Assembly (NCBI RefSeq): GCF_963921235.1
Contig: NC_086097.1
Coordinates: 7,440,001 to 7,504,000 of the forward strand
Source: Mobula hypostoma
Lineage: Eukaryota
Length of the DNA: 64,000 bases
Reading direction: 5' to 3'
In this document: piece after piece, positions 1 through 11,324 of the stretch
Numbering within the stretch: position 1 is the first letter of the stretch
Layout of the letters: every line of letters starts with the position of its first letter
The notes under the pieces: model-generated
What the model saw: only the letters and a program-made list of their open reading frames with translations
What the model was told of the DNA's origin: nothing
Database searches by the model: none
Made by a program: the position numbers and the translations under genes

Positions 1-434
1 GTCCATATTGCTTTTGGCAACTGATGTGATTGATTTTTTTAAATAGATCTCTTTTAACAGTTTTACTACCTAACATTATTTAACACCATAAACCAATTCA
101 AAGGAGTGCGACTGAAGAAATAAAAGATCTTTACTTACATAACCCAAGATTAAATAACTAATTTTCTTATTGCCTTCAGTGATGTTTGATGTCTACTTTT
201 AGACACAATTCAAATATACTCATAACATCAACAGTGTTAGGGCGAATTTTAATAATGTTATGTACCTACTGAAATTCATTATAAGTGCCAAAATAAATTG
301 TAAATCTGAAAAAAAAACGTGGGTCATTTAGGCTTTAAGCAATTACAGTGCATGTTTGCTCTGACTGTATTACTTTGACTGTTATGAAAAGATATTAAAC
401 ACTCACAACCAAGGAAGTGTTAGAATCTTTAAAC

Positions 435-523
435 GCAGCAGGCCAGGCAGCATCTCTAGGAAGAGGTACAGTCGACGTTTCGGGCCAAGACCCTTCGTCT
501 GTGTCCTGCAGAATTCCTCATGT
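435..523 (-). mobile_element. Miniature Penelope-like (PLE) pseudo-LTR fragment with truncated hammerhead motif
   Basis: Matches the PLE terminus at 37255-37390. Flanked by a 15-bp direct repeat, ttagaatctttaaac (420-434) and ttaggatctttaaac (524-538). Confidence 0.75.
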
Positions 524-747
524 TTAGGATCTTTAAACATTGATTTTATTTAGAGTACCAAATATATTTTGGTGATTTAAGATGGTGGTGAATATTGGTG
601 ACTAGGGTTGAGGCATTTAACTGGGGTACCATGGAGACTCTGGCACAGGCAGGCATGAGAATTTTTTAAAGTGTGGTTCTCTTCTGATAACTCTGTAAAT
701 AAACTATCAAGATCAATGTCACCTACGAACCCTTCAGTGCCAAAGAA

Positions 748-930
748 ATGCACGCCAATAGAATTCAAAGGTCAACTGAAGGCGTAGTCAATCAGGACCA
801 AGGCAAGCGAATGGATGCCTATATAAACGCCAGTACTCCCAGAGAGAAACACCAACAATTGCTCAGTGGAGAAGTCACCCCAACTGGTGATGAAATGTCT
901 GCAAGCTCATTTCCACAACATCAGATCTTT
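748..930 (+). mobile_element. PLE-type family-2 pseudo-LTR remnant (CCAAT, TATA, decayed hammerhead)
   Basis: TATATAAA at 820-827, then gtggaga-a-gtcacc-ccaact-ggtgat-gaaa-t-gtc-tgcaa at 866-904. Same layout as 11325-11540. Confidence 0.55.
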
Positions 931-1224
931 TGGTGATGTTGAACAGCTTGCATGTTGAAGAGGAAAGATAAACTGTAGGAACATAACTTAGAATAATTCA
1001 GTATCTCATTCTAGATTTAAGAAAGCTCATTAGAGAATTGCTGGAAGAATAACTAAAGATACATGGCTTTAATTTGAAGCTAATTTCTTCACAAATGCCC
1101 TGCCAGCATTATTTGAACTGAAATGAGTTCATATTAGTTTTTATTTGATGTATGTAACACTGCTGTATCCATTAGTGATTATGAATAACTGATTAAATTT
1201 GGGCGTCTTTTTGACAGTCGTCAG

Positions 1225-2110
1225 ATCAAGTTAATTGTCATTTAACTATACAGGTATACTGCCAAACAAGACAACATTTCTCCGGACCAGGGTGTAAAGC
1301 ACAGGTGTACACAAACTCACACATAGTACACAATAACTTAGGAAAGTTGGGATAAAATCTGCAACACACTGAAAATGCTAGAGGAACTCAGCAGGCCAGG
1401 CAGCATCTATGGAAAAAAAGTACAGTCGACATTTCGGACCGAAGCCCTTTGGCAGGACTGGAGAAAAAAATCTGAGAAGTAGGTTTGAAAGGTGGAGGGA
1501 GGGGAGAGAGAAATGCCAGGCAATGCCAGGTGAAACTTGGAGGGGGGAAGGATGAAGCAAAGAGCTAGGAAGTTGATTGGTGAAAGAGACAGAAGTCCAT
1601 GGAAGAAAGATAATGTTGGCTGTACTTTTCTCCATAGATGCTGCCTGGCCTGCTGAGTTTCTCCAGCATTTTGAGTGTGTTGCTCGGATTTCCAGCATCT
1701 TGTTTGCGATAAAATGATGCAGATGAATTGTGCATAAATAAACGAAGTAAGGTGTATAAATTAAATATTGTAAGGTACAGAACAGATTAAGCTGTAACAC
1801 TTCAAACGCGATGTGGCAGGGAGTTCAGAAGACTAATGGCCTGAGGGAAGAAACTGTTTCCCATCCCATTCTTGTTTTTATGCATTACAGTGTCCTGCAT
1901 GATGGTGGAAAGTCAAAGAGGGTACTGGATGGAAGGGTGGGCCCTGTGTATGCAGCACTCCTGATAAATGTCCCCAATGGATACTAGGGAGAGCCCTATG
2001 ATCCTCTCAGCGTTCTCACAGTCCTTTGTTGGCATTTCCAGTCTGATGCTCTGCTATTCCCATAGCAGGTGGAGAAGCAACTTGTCAGGATGCTCTCGAT
2101 GGTGCTCCTT
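1225..2110 (-). mobile_element. Rex1/Babar-like LINE 3' fragment, interrupted by a PLE fold-back
   Basis: Similar to other Rex-like 3' ends in the window (e.g. 43145-43915), including the aagaaactgtttcccatcc segment and a tcaag-type tail. Confidence 0.55.
1359..1703. mobile_element. PLE-derived fold-back element
   Basis: Inverted arms at about 1361-1425 and 1620-1685. Decayed hammerhead at 1424-1459 (minus). TSD ttgggataaaat (1347-1358) / ttgcgataaaat (1704-1715). Confidence 0.8.
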
Positions 2111-2739
2111 TAAGATTCAGTTAAGATGGGGGGCAGTTAAGCATGTAGCGATGAGGCATTTTCACTCTTCTTCCACCTCTGAATCATTCTCATTAATGAA
2201 ATATAAAATGTGAAATGATAAAAGTAATCATGAGCCTAGATATTGCTGATATTTTTTCAAAATCAACCAGCTTCTATGTACAATATTTAGTTCACACTTG
2301 GCCAGTCCTTGGGTGAAATCGTCCAAACGTTCAGGTATGTCCATCCAATCTTACACTAAGTTCTGCTAAACTAGAAATCTGGTATTTGCAGATCTAAATG
2401 GCTTTGCAGAAGTGCAAAGCCTCACCTGTGATTCTTGTTCTTTCTTCTGATGGCATCTGTTTATTTAATTTATTATTTTTTGGAATGAGAGAGGAGATTG
2501 GAAGCTTCGGTTGGCTGCTTGTTTGTAGGGTTGTTCGCCAAGCCTGGAGGTTAGGTGGCAAATGTTTCATCACCAGTTGACCAGTGCGCAATTGAGTGTT
2601 GTTCACTGATCCATTGCATCTCTCTTTCATCCTTTAAGGGAAAATTTATAAGGAATTTGCCAGGTCTGGAGGAACTGAGTTATATGGAAAGATTGAATAG
2701 CTTAGGACTTTATTCCTTGGAACATGGAAGATAAAAAAA

Positions 2740-5312
2740 GATAAGATAATTAGGAGCAGAAGTAGGCCATTCAGCCCATTGAGTCTCCTCCGCCATTCTA
2801 TCATGGGCTGATCCAATTCTTCCAGTCATTCCCACACCCCTGCCTTCTCCTCATACCCTTTGATGCCCTGGCTAGTCAAGAACCTATCTACGTCTGCCTT
2901 AAATGCACCCAATGACTTGACCTCCACAGCCACTTGTGGCAACAAATTCCACAGATTTACCACCCTCTGACTAAAGTAATTTCTCTGCATCACTGTTCTA
3001 AATGGACATCCTTCAATCCTGAAGTCATGCCCTCTTGTCCTAGACTCCCCTCCCATGGGAAATAACTTTGCCATATCTAATCTATTCAGGCCTTTTAACA
3101 TTTGGAATGTTTCTATGAGATTCCCCCTCATTCTCCAGGGAGTACAGCCCAAGAGCTGCCAGATGTTCCTCATATGGTACCCCTTTCATTCCTGGAATCA
3201 TTCTCATGAAAATTCTCTGAGCCCTCTCCAATGTCAGTATATTGTTTCCAAAATAAGGAGCCCAAAACTGCACACAATACTCCAAGTGTGGTTTCACGAG
3301 TGCCTTATAGAACCTTAACATCACATCTCTGCTCTTATATTCTATATCTCTAGAAATGAATGCCAACATTGCATTTGCCTTCTTCACCACCGACTCAATC
3401 TGGAGGTTAACCTTTAGGGTACCTTGCACAAGGACCCCCAAGTCCCTCTGCATCTCTGCACTTTAAATTCTCTCCCCATCTAAATAATAGTCTGCCCGTT
3501 TATTTCTTCCACCAAAGTGCATGACCATACCTATATTTTCCAGCATTGTATTTCATTTGCCACTTCCTTATCCATTCCCCTAAGCTATCTAAGTCTCTCT
3601 GCAGGCTCTGTTTCCTCAACATTACCCGCTCCTCCACCTATCTTTGTATCATCGGCACATTTAGCTACAAATCCATTAATTCCATAGTTCAAATCATTGG
3701 CATACATTGTAAAAAGCAGCGACCCCTGTGGAACTCCACTGGTAACCGGCAGCCAGCCAGAATAGGATCCCTTTATTCACACTCTGTTTTCTGCCAATCA
3801 GCCAATGCTCCACCCATGCTAGTAACTTCCCTGTAATTCCATGTGTTCTTATCTTCCTAAGCAGCCTCATGTGCGGCACCTTGTCAAAGGCCTTCTTAAA
3901 ATCCAAGAGCACCACGTCTACTACATCTCCTTTGTCTACCCTGCTTGTAATTTCCTCAAAAAATTGCAGTAGGTTAGTCATGCAGGATTTTCCTTTCAGA
4001 AAACCATGCTGGCTTTGACCTATCTTGTCATGTGCCTCCAGGTACTCCGTAGTCTCATCCCTAGCAATCGATTCCAACAACCTCCCAACCACTGATGTCA
4101 GGCTAACAGGTCTATAGTTTCATTTCTGCTACCTCCCACCCTTTTTAAATAGTGGAGTAATATTTGCAATTTTCCAGTCATCTGATACAATGCCAGAATC
4201 TATTGATTCTTGAAAGATCATTGTTAATGCCTCCGCAATCTCTCCAGCTACTTCCTTCAGAACCCAAGGATGCATTCCATCAGGTCCAGGAGATTTTTCC
4301 ACCCTCAGTCAGTCGTAATTTTCACTGCACATACATCACTTCCCTGACACTTTTTAATGTCCAGTATACTGCAGATGTCTTCCACTGTGAAGACTGATGC
4401 AAAATATGCATTCAGTTCCTCTGCCATCTCTGCATCTCTTACTACAATATCTCCAGCATCATTTTCTGTGGGTCCTATATCTATCCTGAACTCTCTTTTA
4501 CCCTTTATATACTTAAAAAAGCTTTTAGTATCTTCTTTAATATTAGTCACCAGCAAGTTTTCACAATTCATCTTTTTCTTCTGAATGACCTTCTTAGTTT
4601 CCTTCTGAAAATTTTTAAAAGCTTCCCAATCCTCTATCTTCTCACTATCTTTGGCTTCTTTGTATGCCCCCTCTTTTGATATTACTTTGGCTCTGACTTC
4701 ACTTGTCAGCCGTGATAGTGATCTTCTTCCATTTGAAAATTTCTTCTTATTTGGATGTATCTGTCTTGCACTTCCCTCATTATTCACAGAAACACCAGCC
4801 ATTGCTGCTCTGCTGCCCTTCCCGCTGGTGTCTCTTTCCAGTCAACCTTGGCCAGTTCCCCTCTCATGCCACTGTAATTTCCTTCATTCCACTGAAATAC
4901 GGACACATTGGAGTTTAGTTTCTCCTTCTCAAGTTTCAGAGTGAACTTGATCATATTGTAATCACTGTGCCCCAAGGGTTCCTTAACCTTAAGCTCTCTT
5001 ATCACCTCCAGATCATTGCACAACACCCAATCCAGCACAGCCGATCCCCTAGTGGGCTCAACAACAAGCTGTTCTAAAAAGCCATCTTAGACATTCCATA
5101 AATTCTCTCTCTTGAGGTCCAGTACTGGCCCGGTTTTCACAATCCACCTTCATGTTAAAATCCCCAGTGATTATCATGACATTGCCCTTCTGACATGCCT
5201 TTTCTATCTCCTGCTGTAATTTGTAATCCACATCCTGGCTGCCGTTTGGAGGCCTGTATACAAATGCCATGAGGATCCTTTTACAGTTGCCATTTCTTAA
5301 CTCAACCCATGG
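2740..5312 (-). mobile_element. CR1-clade (HER1-like) LINE, 5'-truncated, frameshifted ORF2 (partial APE endonuclease plus RT)
   Basis: ORF pieces VYRPP..GDFN (APE), SQHGFLKGKSCMTNLL..LDFKKAFDKVPH, YKALVKPHLEYCVQFWAPY and FSQRVVNLWNLLP. ataag-type tail at about 2740. Confidence 0.95.
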
Positions 5313-5714
5313 AGATTGAGATGAGATTTGATTGAGGGCTGAATTGCCAGTACTGCTGTCTATCTGGTACACCCACTGGATTGCATTAGGCCATTGATTT
5401 CAAAACAGCAGGCTCTGGAGCCAGAGGGGATAAATACATTCACCTCAACATTGACCTGATCCCATAAACTATGGATTCACTTTCAAGGACTCTACATCTC
5501 ATATTCTCGATATATATTGCTTATCTTTCTGTTATTATTATCTTCGTTTTTATTTTTGCATTTGCACAGTTTGTTGTCATGTTACTTAGTTGATTTAAAA
5601 ATCTTTAGCTCGGTGCATAGCATGCTTTTGTTATTGAATATCTGCCAACTCTACATCTACTAGGAATGACATGCTACCCATTGATGTAACTTTTATAAGG
5701 GGATGTTTTGAAAC

Positions 5715-5955
5715 TTATGGAAATCATTAGGATAGATAAGTCCCTGGGACTAGATGGGATATACACTAGCTGAAGGATGAGATAGCTGTACATTTGGCAA
5801 TGATCTTTGTGTCCTCACTGGCCACAGGACTCGTACCAGAAGATTGGAAGGTGCCAACTGTTACTCCTTTGTTCAAGAAAGGAAGTAAGGATTATCCTGG
5901 GAATTATAGGCCAGTGAGTTTTATGTCAGTGGTGGGCAAACTATTAGAGGGGTTT
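5715..5955 (+). mobile_element. CR1 RT fragment (host of nested insertions; resumes at 6421-6445 and 6882 onward)
   Basis: Encodes DKSPGLDG..EDWKVPTVTPLFKKGSKDYPGNYRPVS..VVGKLLE-like sequence. Confidence 0.8.
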
Positions 5956-6425
5956 AAGACCATAAGACCATAATTCATTGGAGTAGAAGTAGGCCAGTCA
6001 GCCCATCATATCTGCAGCACCATTCCATTATGGCTGACCCGGATCCCACTCAACCCCACACACCTGCCTTCCCGCCATATCCTTTGATGCCCTGACTGAT
6101 CAGGAAACAATCAGCTTCCACCTTGAATATTCCCATGGACTTGGCCTCCAGCACACTCTGTGGCTGAGCATTTCACAGATTCACTGCTCTCCGGCTACCC
6201 TCTTTACCTTTGTTCTTAAAGGTCGCCCCTCAGTTTTGAGACTGTGCCCTCTAGTTCTGGATACCCCTACAAGAGGAAACACCCTCTCCACATCCACCCT
6301 ATCTAGTCCTTTCTGCATTTGCTAGGTTTCAATGAGATCCATCTGCAGTCTACAAGATTCTAGTGAGTACAGGACCAAAGCTGCTAACCGCCCGTCATAT
6401 GTTAAGCCCTTCATTCCTGGATTCT
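5956..6425 (-). mobile_element. CR1 LINE 3' end
   Basis: taagacca repeat tail and a 3' UTR similar to 2740-3200. Confidence 0.85.
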
Positions 6426-6445
6426 TACAGACAGGATTTAAGAAC

Positions 6446-6881
6446 CTCTTGTGCCAAGAAGAGGCCACCCTCAAGGTGGAGGAGCAACATCCTATATTCC
6501 ATTTGGGTAGGCTCCAACCTGATGGCACGAGTATCGATTTCTCCTTTCGGTAAAAAAAATGTTCCCTCCCCCACTTCCTCTTCTTCTATTCCGAACTTAG
6601 GCCTCTTGCATTTTCTCACCTACTTATTATCTCCAGTAGAGTCCCTTCCTTCTTTTCTTTCTCTTGTGATCCACTCTCCTCTCCTATTAAATTCCTTCTT
6701 CTTCAGCTCTGGCTTTGCCTATCACCTTCCAGCTATCTTCCTTACTCTCTCCCCCATCTTCTTATTCAGGTGCCTTTCCCCTTCTTTTTCAGTCCTGATG
6801 AAGGGTCTCAGCCTGAAACATTGACTGTTTATTCCTTTCCATTGTTGCTGCCTGCCCTGCTGAGTTCCTCCAGCATTGCTT
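6446..6881 (+). mobile_element. Penelope-like element 3' part (GIY-YIG C-terminus plus pseudo-LTR)
   Basis: EEATLKVEEQHPIFHLGRLQPDGTSIDFS resembles the PLE endonuclease C-terminus. Hammerhead motif at 6791-6826. TSD-like aggatttaagaac (6433-6445) / aggattgcagaac (6882-6894). Confidence 0.85.
6790..6827 (+). ncRNA. Minimal type-I hammerhead ribozyme motif (partly decayed)
   Basis: CAGTC-CTGATGA-A-GGG-TCTCAG-CCT-GAAA-C-ATT-GACTG. Stem I is CAGTC/GACTG. The cleavage triplet has changed to ATT. Confidence 0.65.
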
Positions 6882-6904
6882 AGGATTGCAGAACATTTGG
6901 AAAC

Positions 6905-7210
6905 TTTTTCCTGGGGCAGAAATGTCCCAGAAATAGCATGAAGGGGCATAATTTTAATTTGGAGAAAAGTATAGCTGGGGTTGTCTGAGGAAGATTTTTC
7001 ACACCATGCATGGAACAGACTACCAGAGTAACAGTCGTGACAGAAGCATTATGACATTTAAGAAACCCTTGGATAAGTACATGGATGATAGAAAAATGGA
7101 GGCCTATGTAGTAAGGAAGGGTTAAGTTGGTCTTGGAGGGGGTTAAAAAGACAGCACTACATTGTGGGCTGAAGGGCCTGTTCTGTGATGTACTATTCCA
7201 TGTTCTATTG
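6905..7210 (+). mobile_element. CR1 LINE 3' end (decayed)
   Basis: gggcataattttaa and gggctgaagggcctgttctg segments, as in other CR1 3' ends in the window. Confidence 0.7.
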
Positions 7211-7380
7211 GAACAATGGACCTGTTTCTCATCTGTTGATCTGTTACAGGGAAAAAAGACTGCTGCATTTTTACACACTAAAGGGAATAAATGTATTATA
7301 AAACCAAAAAACTGGATTTTATAACAGTTTTCAGATACATCAAATACATTTCATTTATTATAAATTTATGATAATAACTA

Positions 7381-8252
7381 CAGTGGAATTATGTTAATTG
7401 GCCCATCAGCTAATCAGGGCAGACACTCATTTGGGAGAACTAAGATCCTATGTACATTTATTATGAAAGTATGTATGCAGTATACGACCCTGAGATTCAT
7501 CTTCTCACAGACAGCCATGAAACAAAGAAACACCATAGATTCCATTCAAAGAAAGTCATCAAAACCCCTCCCCCCAACACACAAAAAAATAAACAAACCA
7601 CACAAACAGCAAAAAAGCACTGTATTTAAAACACAGAAACTAATCAAGAAACTAGCTGGGATTCACTTTGTTACTTGTTTTCAAAATCAGTGATTTTTGT
7701 CACTGATAGTTGGCAAGAAATAAGCAGTAAGACAATTCAGAACTGCTTTGCTCGCTGCAGTTTCAAGCATCCAGGCTTGAAGATGTCAGAAGCATCCGAG
7801 AGTGAAAATGAAACGATTTCACTACTTCAACAGGTTAGAAGCTACAAAGAATTTGAAGGTATCAACAGTGACTGTTACAATGAAAATGAAGATTTGGGGG
7901 AATGCAGTTGTCAAAAGCATTGTATGAAGCCAGGTCATTATCTACACTAGGTGTCTGTGCTGATTTTGTACATTTACAGTCAATCAAAAGAGGATGGCAG
8001 CAGACGTTGGATGAAATCCTCTCTCGGTAACTATTAGGAAATTAATACACAGTTTTTAGTACTGTAGTAGTATTGGTAATGTTCTAATTTATTCTATATT
8101 TCATTTAAGCACATAATTTGTTACTCAGTTAAATGGTAGTTTGTTTTTTTTAATACTTTTTACTAGATTAGTGAGCTTTGGTTAATTAGGGCAGCTTCTT
8201 CATTGGGCCAAGTGTACTGATCCCAATGTGTCCAAATTAATCAAATCCACTG
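7381..8252 (+). mobile_element. pogo/Tigger-like non-autonomous DNA transposon (with an internal LINE-tail insertion at about 7445-7640)
   Basis: TIRs cagtggaat..ttaattgg and ccaaattaatcaaatccactg, flanked by TA (7379-7380 and 8253-8254). Remnant SWQEISSKTIQNCFARCSF resembles the DDE_1/CENP-B-type C-terminus. Confidence 0.8.
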
Positions 8253-8374
8253 TACTTAGGTTGTACATTGAAATGAATTCTTTGGCTGTGTATAGGAATA
8301 TACTTCCTTCATACTATTCAATTGGGAGAATTCTTCATTCTGTTCAATTCACATTCATCTGTGAATGGTTTAAT

Positions 8375-8619
8375 TTAAGGCTGTTTCCAGGGCGCAGGCC
8401 TGGGCAAGGTTGTATGGAAGACCAGCAGTTGCCCATGCTGCAAGTCTCCCCTCTCCACGACACCAATGTTGTCCAAGAGAAGGGCATTAGGACCCATACA
8501 GAGCAATGTGTGATAAAGTGCCTTGCTCAAGGACACAACACGTTGCCTTGGCTGGGGCTCGAACTCACGACCTTCAGGTTGCTAGTCCAATGCCTTAACC
8601 ACTTGGCCACATGCCCACA
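8375..8619 (-). mobile_element. tRNA-derived SINE with RTE-related 3' body
   Basis: Pol III A box TGGCCAAGTGG (8599-8609, minus) and B box GTTCGAGCC (8556-8564, minus). The 3' part resembles 18985-19085. Confidence 0.8.
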
Positions 8620-9329
8620 CGTGAATGATTACACAGAGCAAATATGATGTCCTTTTCTTTGGGCAGGTACTCCCTGTGGTACAAATGGATCACCAGGAGG
8701 TAGACTGCACAGCTGAAGGCATCTTTGGTTGGGTAGAAAGAGCTCATCTCTGGGTGCCTTCTCTCCATACCAACACTACAAGCTGCAGCTGAGCTGCAAC
8801 CATCAGGAAGCTGCAAGATCAGAGCAGATTCAACCTTTATTGCTCATTGCTTATTTATATATAATTATTATTTTGTTTATTCTTTTTGTATCTGCAAGAT
8901 TTGTTGTCTTTTGAACATTAATTGTTCGTCCGTCTTGCGTGTGTTTTTTCATTGATTCTATTGTGCTCCTTCATACTTTCTGTGAATGCCCACAGGAAAA
9001 TTAATCTCAAGGTTGTATATGGAGAACTATATTTTCTTCCATGACAAACTTATTTTGAACTTTGACTCACTCACTCACTGCATCAGTGAGGCAGGCTGGC
9101 TGACATCGACGTGTGCCAACTCACTCTTTCATTGTGGATGTTTCTGTGATCCTCTGCCTCACAGTTCCATTCACTTCCAACATATGAAGAGTTTGGGGTA
9201 TGATCAACTCTCAGAATCAAACACCACTATAGTGCTAATGTTGATGCCAGAGTCTAAAGGAAATAAGATGACTAAAAAGCAGATAACTCTGATCACAGTA
9301 CAGTAATAATATATATTTTTACATTTTTT

Positions 9330-9510
9330 AAACTTAGAGATACAGTGTGGAACTGGCCTTTCCAGTCCAACAAGCGACACCACAAGCAACCCACTGATTT
9401 AACCCTAGCCTAATTACGGGACAATTTACAATGACCAATTAACCTACTAACCAGTACTTCTTTGGTATGTTTGTTGGTTACCGGAGCACCCAGAGGAAAC
9501 AGACATGGCT
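9330..9510 (-). mobile_element. HE1/V-type tRNA-SINE fragment
   Basis: gggacaatttacaatgaccaattaacctac..ccggagcacccagaggaaac, the reverse complement of the body at 25947-26182. Confidence 0.75.
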
Positions 9511-9853
9511 CACAAGATGGATGTTCATTCTGTAGACAAACACATAGTCCTCCATTCTATTTATGAGCCGACGTAGGCAAAATTCCAGATCACAACACAT
9601 TAAACTGAATTAAATTATATTGACTTTATTACTTACATCCTTCATATACATGAGGAGTAAAAATCTTTACGTTACATCTCCACCTAAATGAGCAATGTGC
9701 AATTTGTAGTAATTTATAATAAATGGTACGTACAACAATATAACATAGAAATACAGTTGTGTCAGCATGAATTAATCAGTCTGATGGCCTGGTGGAAGAA
9801 GCTGTCCCGGGGCCTGTTGGTCTTGGCTTTTATGCTGCGGTACTGCTCCCCAG

Positions 9854-10370
9854 GGAGAGTACGGGGTGTCTAGGGAGGAGTAGCACTTCTGGTGGGGGGG
9901 GGCCTGCTGTGCCATTTTTCAGGACAGCTCGTCCACCTTTGGTCCCCACCTGGCGCTCAGCTCTCTCCTGTGGCTCCAAGTAGCTGTAACACGCGCAGCA
10001 GGCATACCCTGGTAAACCGTCCTGGCAGACGGGCCAAACCAGGTGAGGGTAGCCGACGGGTCTTCGACCCTCAGTGAGGTAGGGGATCTGCCTCTCCCAG
10101 CGTGTGAAGTCTGGCCATGGAGGATTCAGTGGAAGAGACCAATTAATGGTCCAACGGTCAAGAAGGCAGGCCAGCAGGTATTCTGGAGCGCTAAGAGCAC
10201 GACAAGGCACTTAGACGTCCTGGTCATCCACTGCAAGAAGTGGTGATCTCTTTAAACTCACCCGGCAGAAGGCAAAGGCAAACCACTGCTGTAACCTGCC
10301 ACGAACATGTCAGAGTGGCGTGGAGGGAAATTGTCCGCCACCTGGAAATTTCAGACACGATCTAACAACG
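9854..10370 (+). mobile_element. RTE-derived non-autonomous retroposon (5'-UTR-like part joined to an RTE/Bov-A-like 3' part)
   Basis: Contains gaaggcaaaggcaaaccact and ends in cagacacgatctaacaacg, both RTE-like. TSD-like actgctccccag (9842-9853) / actgttcccag (10371-10381). Confidence 0.75.
9863..10049 (+). ncRNA. Candidate HDV-like self-cleaving ribozyme
   Basis: P1 GGGGTGT (9863-9869) / ATACCCT (10004-10010) with a G1.U wobble. P2 9961-9970 / 10040-10049. P3 9972-9974 / 10001-10003 (one mismatch). P1.1 CC (9976-9977) / GG (10011-10012). P4 CCGTC/GACGG. J4/2 GCCAAA. Confidence 0.6.
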
Positions 10371-11324
10371 ACTGTTCCCAGATGGTAGCAGCTGGAACAG
10401 TTTGTGTTTGGGGTGGCTCGGGTCTCCAATGATCCTTCAGGCCCCTTTTACACACCTCTGTTTGTAAATGTCCTGAATAGTGGGAAGTTCACATCTACAG
10501 ATGTGCTGGGCTGTTCACACCACTCTCTGCAGAGTCCTGCAATTAAGGGGGTACAGTTGATGCAGCAAGACAGAATTGTGCCCTTGTAGAAAGTTCTTCG
10601 GATTTGGGGGCCAATGCCAAACCTCTTCAAGCGTCTGAGGTGAAAGAAGCGCTGTTGTGCCTTTCCACCACACAGCCGATAGGTACAGATCAAGTGAGAA
10701 CCTTGATATTTACACTAAGGAACCTAACGCCGTTCACCCTCTCAACCCCAGATCCATTGATGTCAATAGGGGTTAGCCCGTCTCCATTCCTCCTGTGTCA
10801 AGAAGCCAGGATTATGACTTCTCTGTAGGCTGCCTCATTATTTTTTGAGATTATGCCAATCAATGTAGTATCGTCAGCAAATTTAATGAGCAGATTGGAG
10901 CTGTGGGTGCCAACTCAGTCATAATAGGACACAGCCCTGAGGGCCATCTGTGTTGATGATCAGAGGGTCAGAGATGAGGGAGCCCACATTTACCACCTGC
11001 CGGTGATCTGACAGGATATCCACGATTCAGCTACACAAGGCGGGATGAAAGCCGAGGTCTCTGAGCTTCTTGCTGAGCCTGGAAGGAATTAAGGTGTTGA
11101 ATGCTGAACTGTAGTCCAAGAACAGCATTCTCACATAAGCATCCTTCTTCTCCAGATGTGTAAGGATGGTGTGTAGAGCTACCATGCCATCTGTCGATTA
11201 GTTGCGTTGCTAGGTGAATTGTAGGAGGTCCAGTGTGGGTGGTAGCATGCTGCAGGTCTAGTCCTTGACCAGCCTCTCAAAGCATTTGTTTATTATTGAG
11301 ATGAGAATTAACATGAAGTTTACC

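Larger units (their letters stand above)
9605..11295 (-). mobile_element. Rex1/Babar-like LINE (RT C-terminus plus 3' UTR), interrupted at 9854-10370
   Basis: KAQQRFFHLRRLKRFGIGPQI..TFYKGTI, and [13 protein letters not shown] / FADDT-type RT motifs on the minus strand. Confidence 0.85.

Noticed and set aside
8545..8619. Functional tRNA gene
   Set aside because: A and B boxes are present, but the sequence continues into a SINE body with no convincing acceptor stem or oligo-T terminator. The same applies to 25947-26015.
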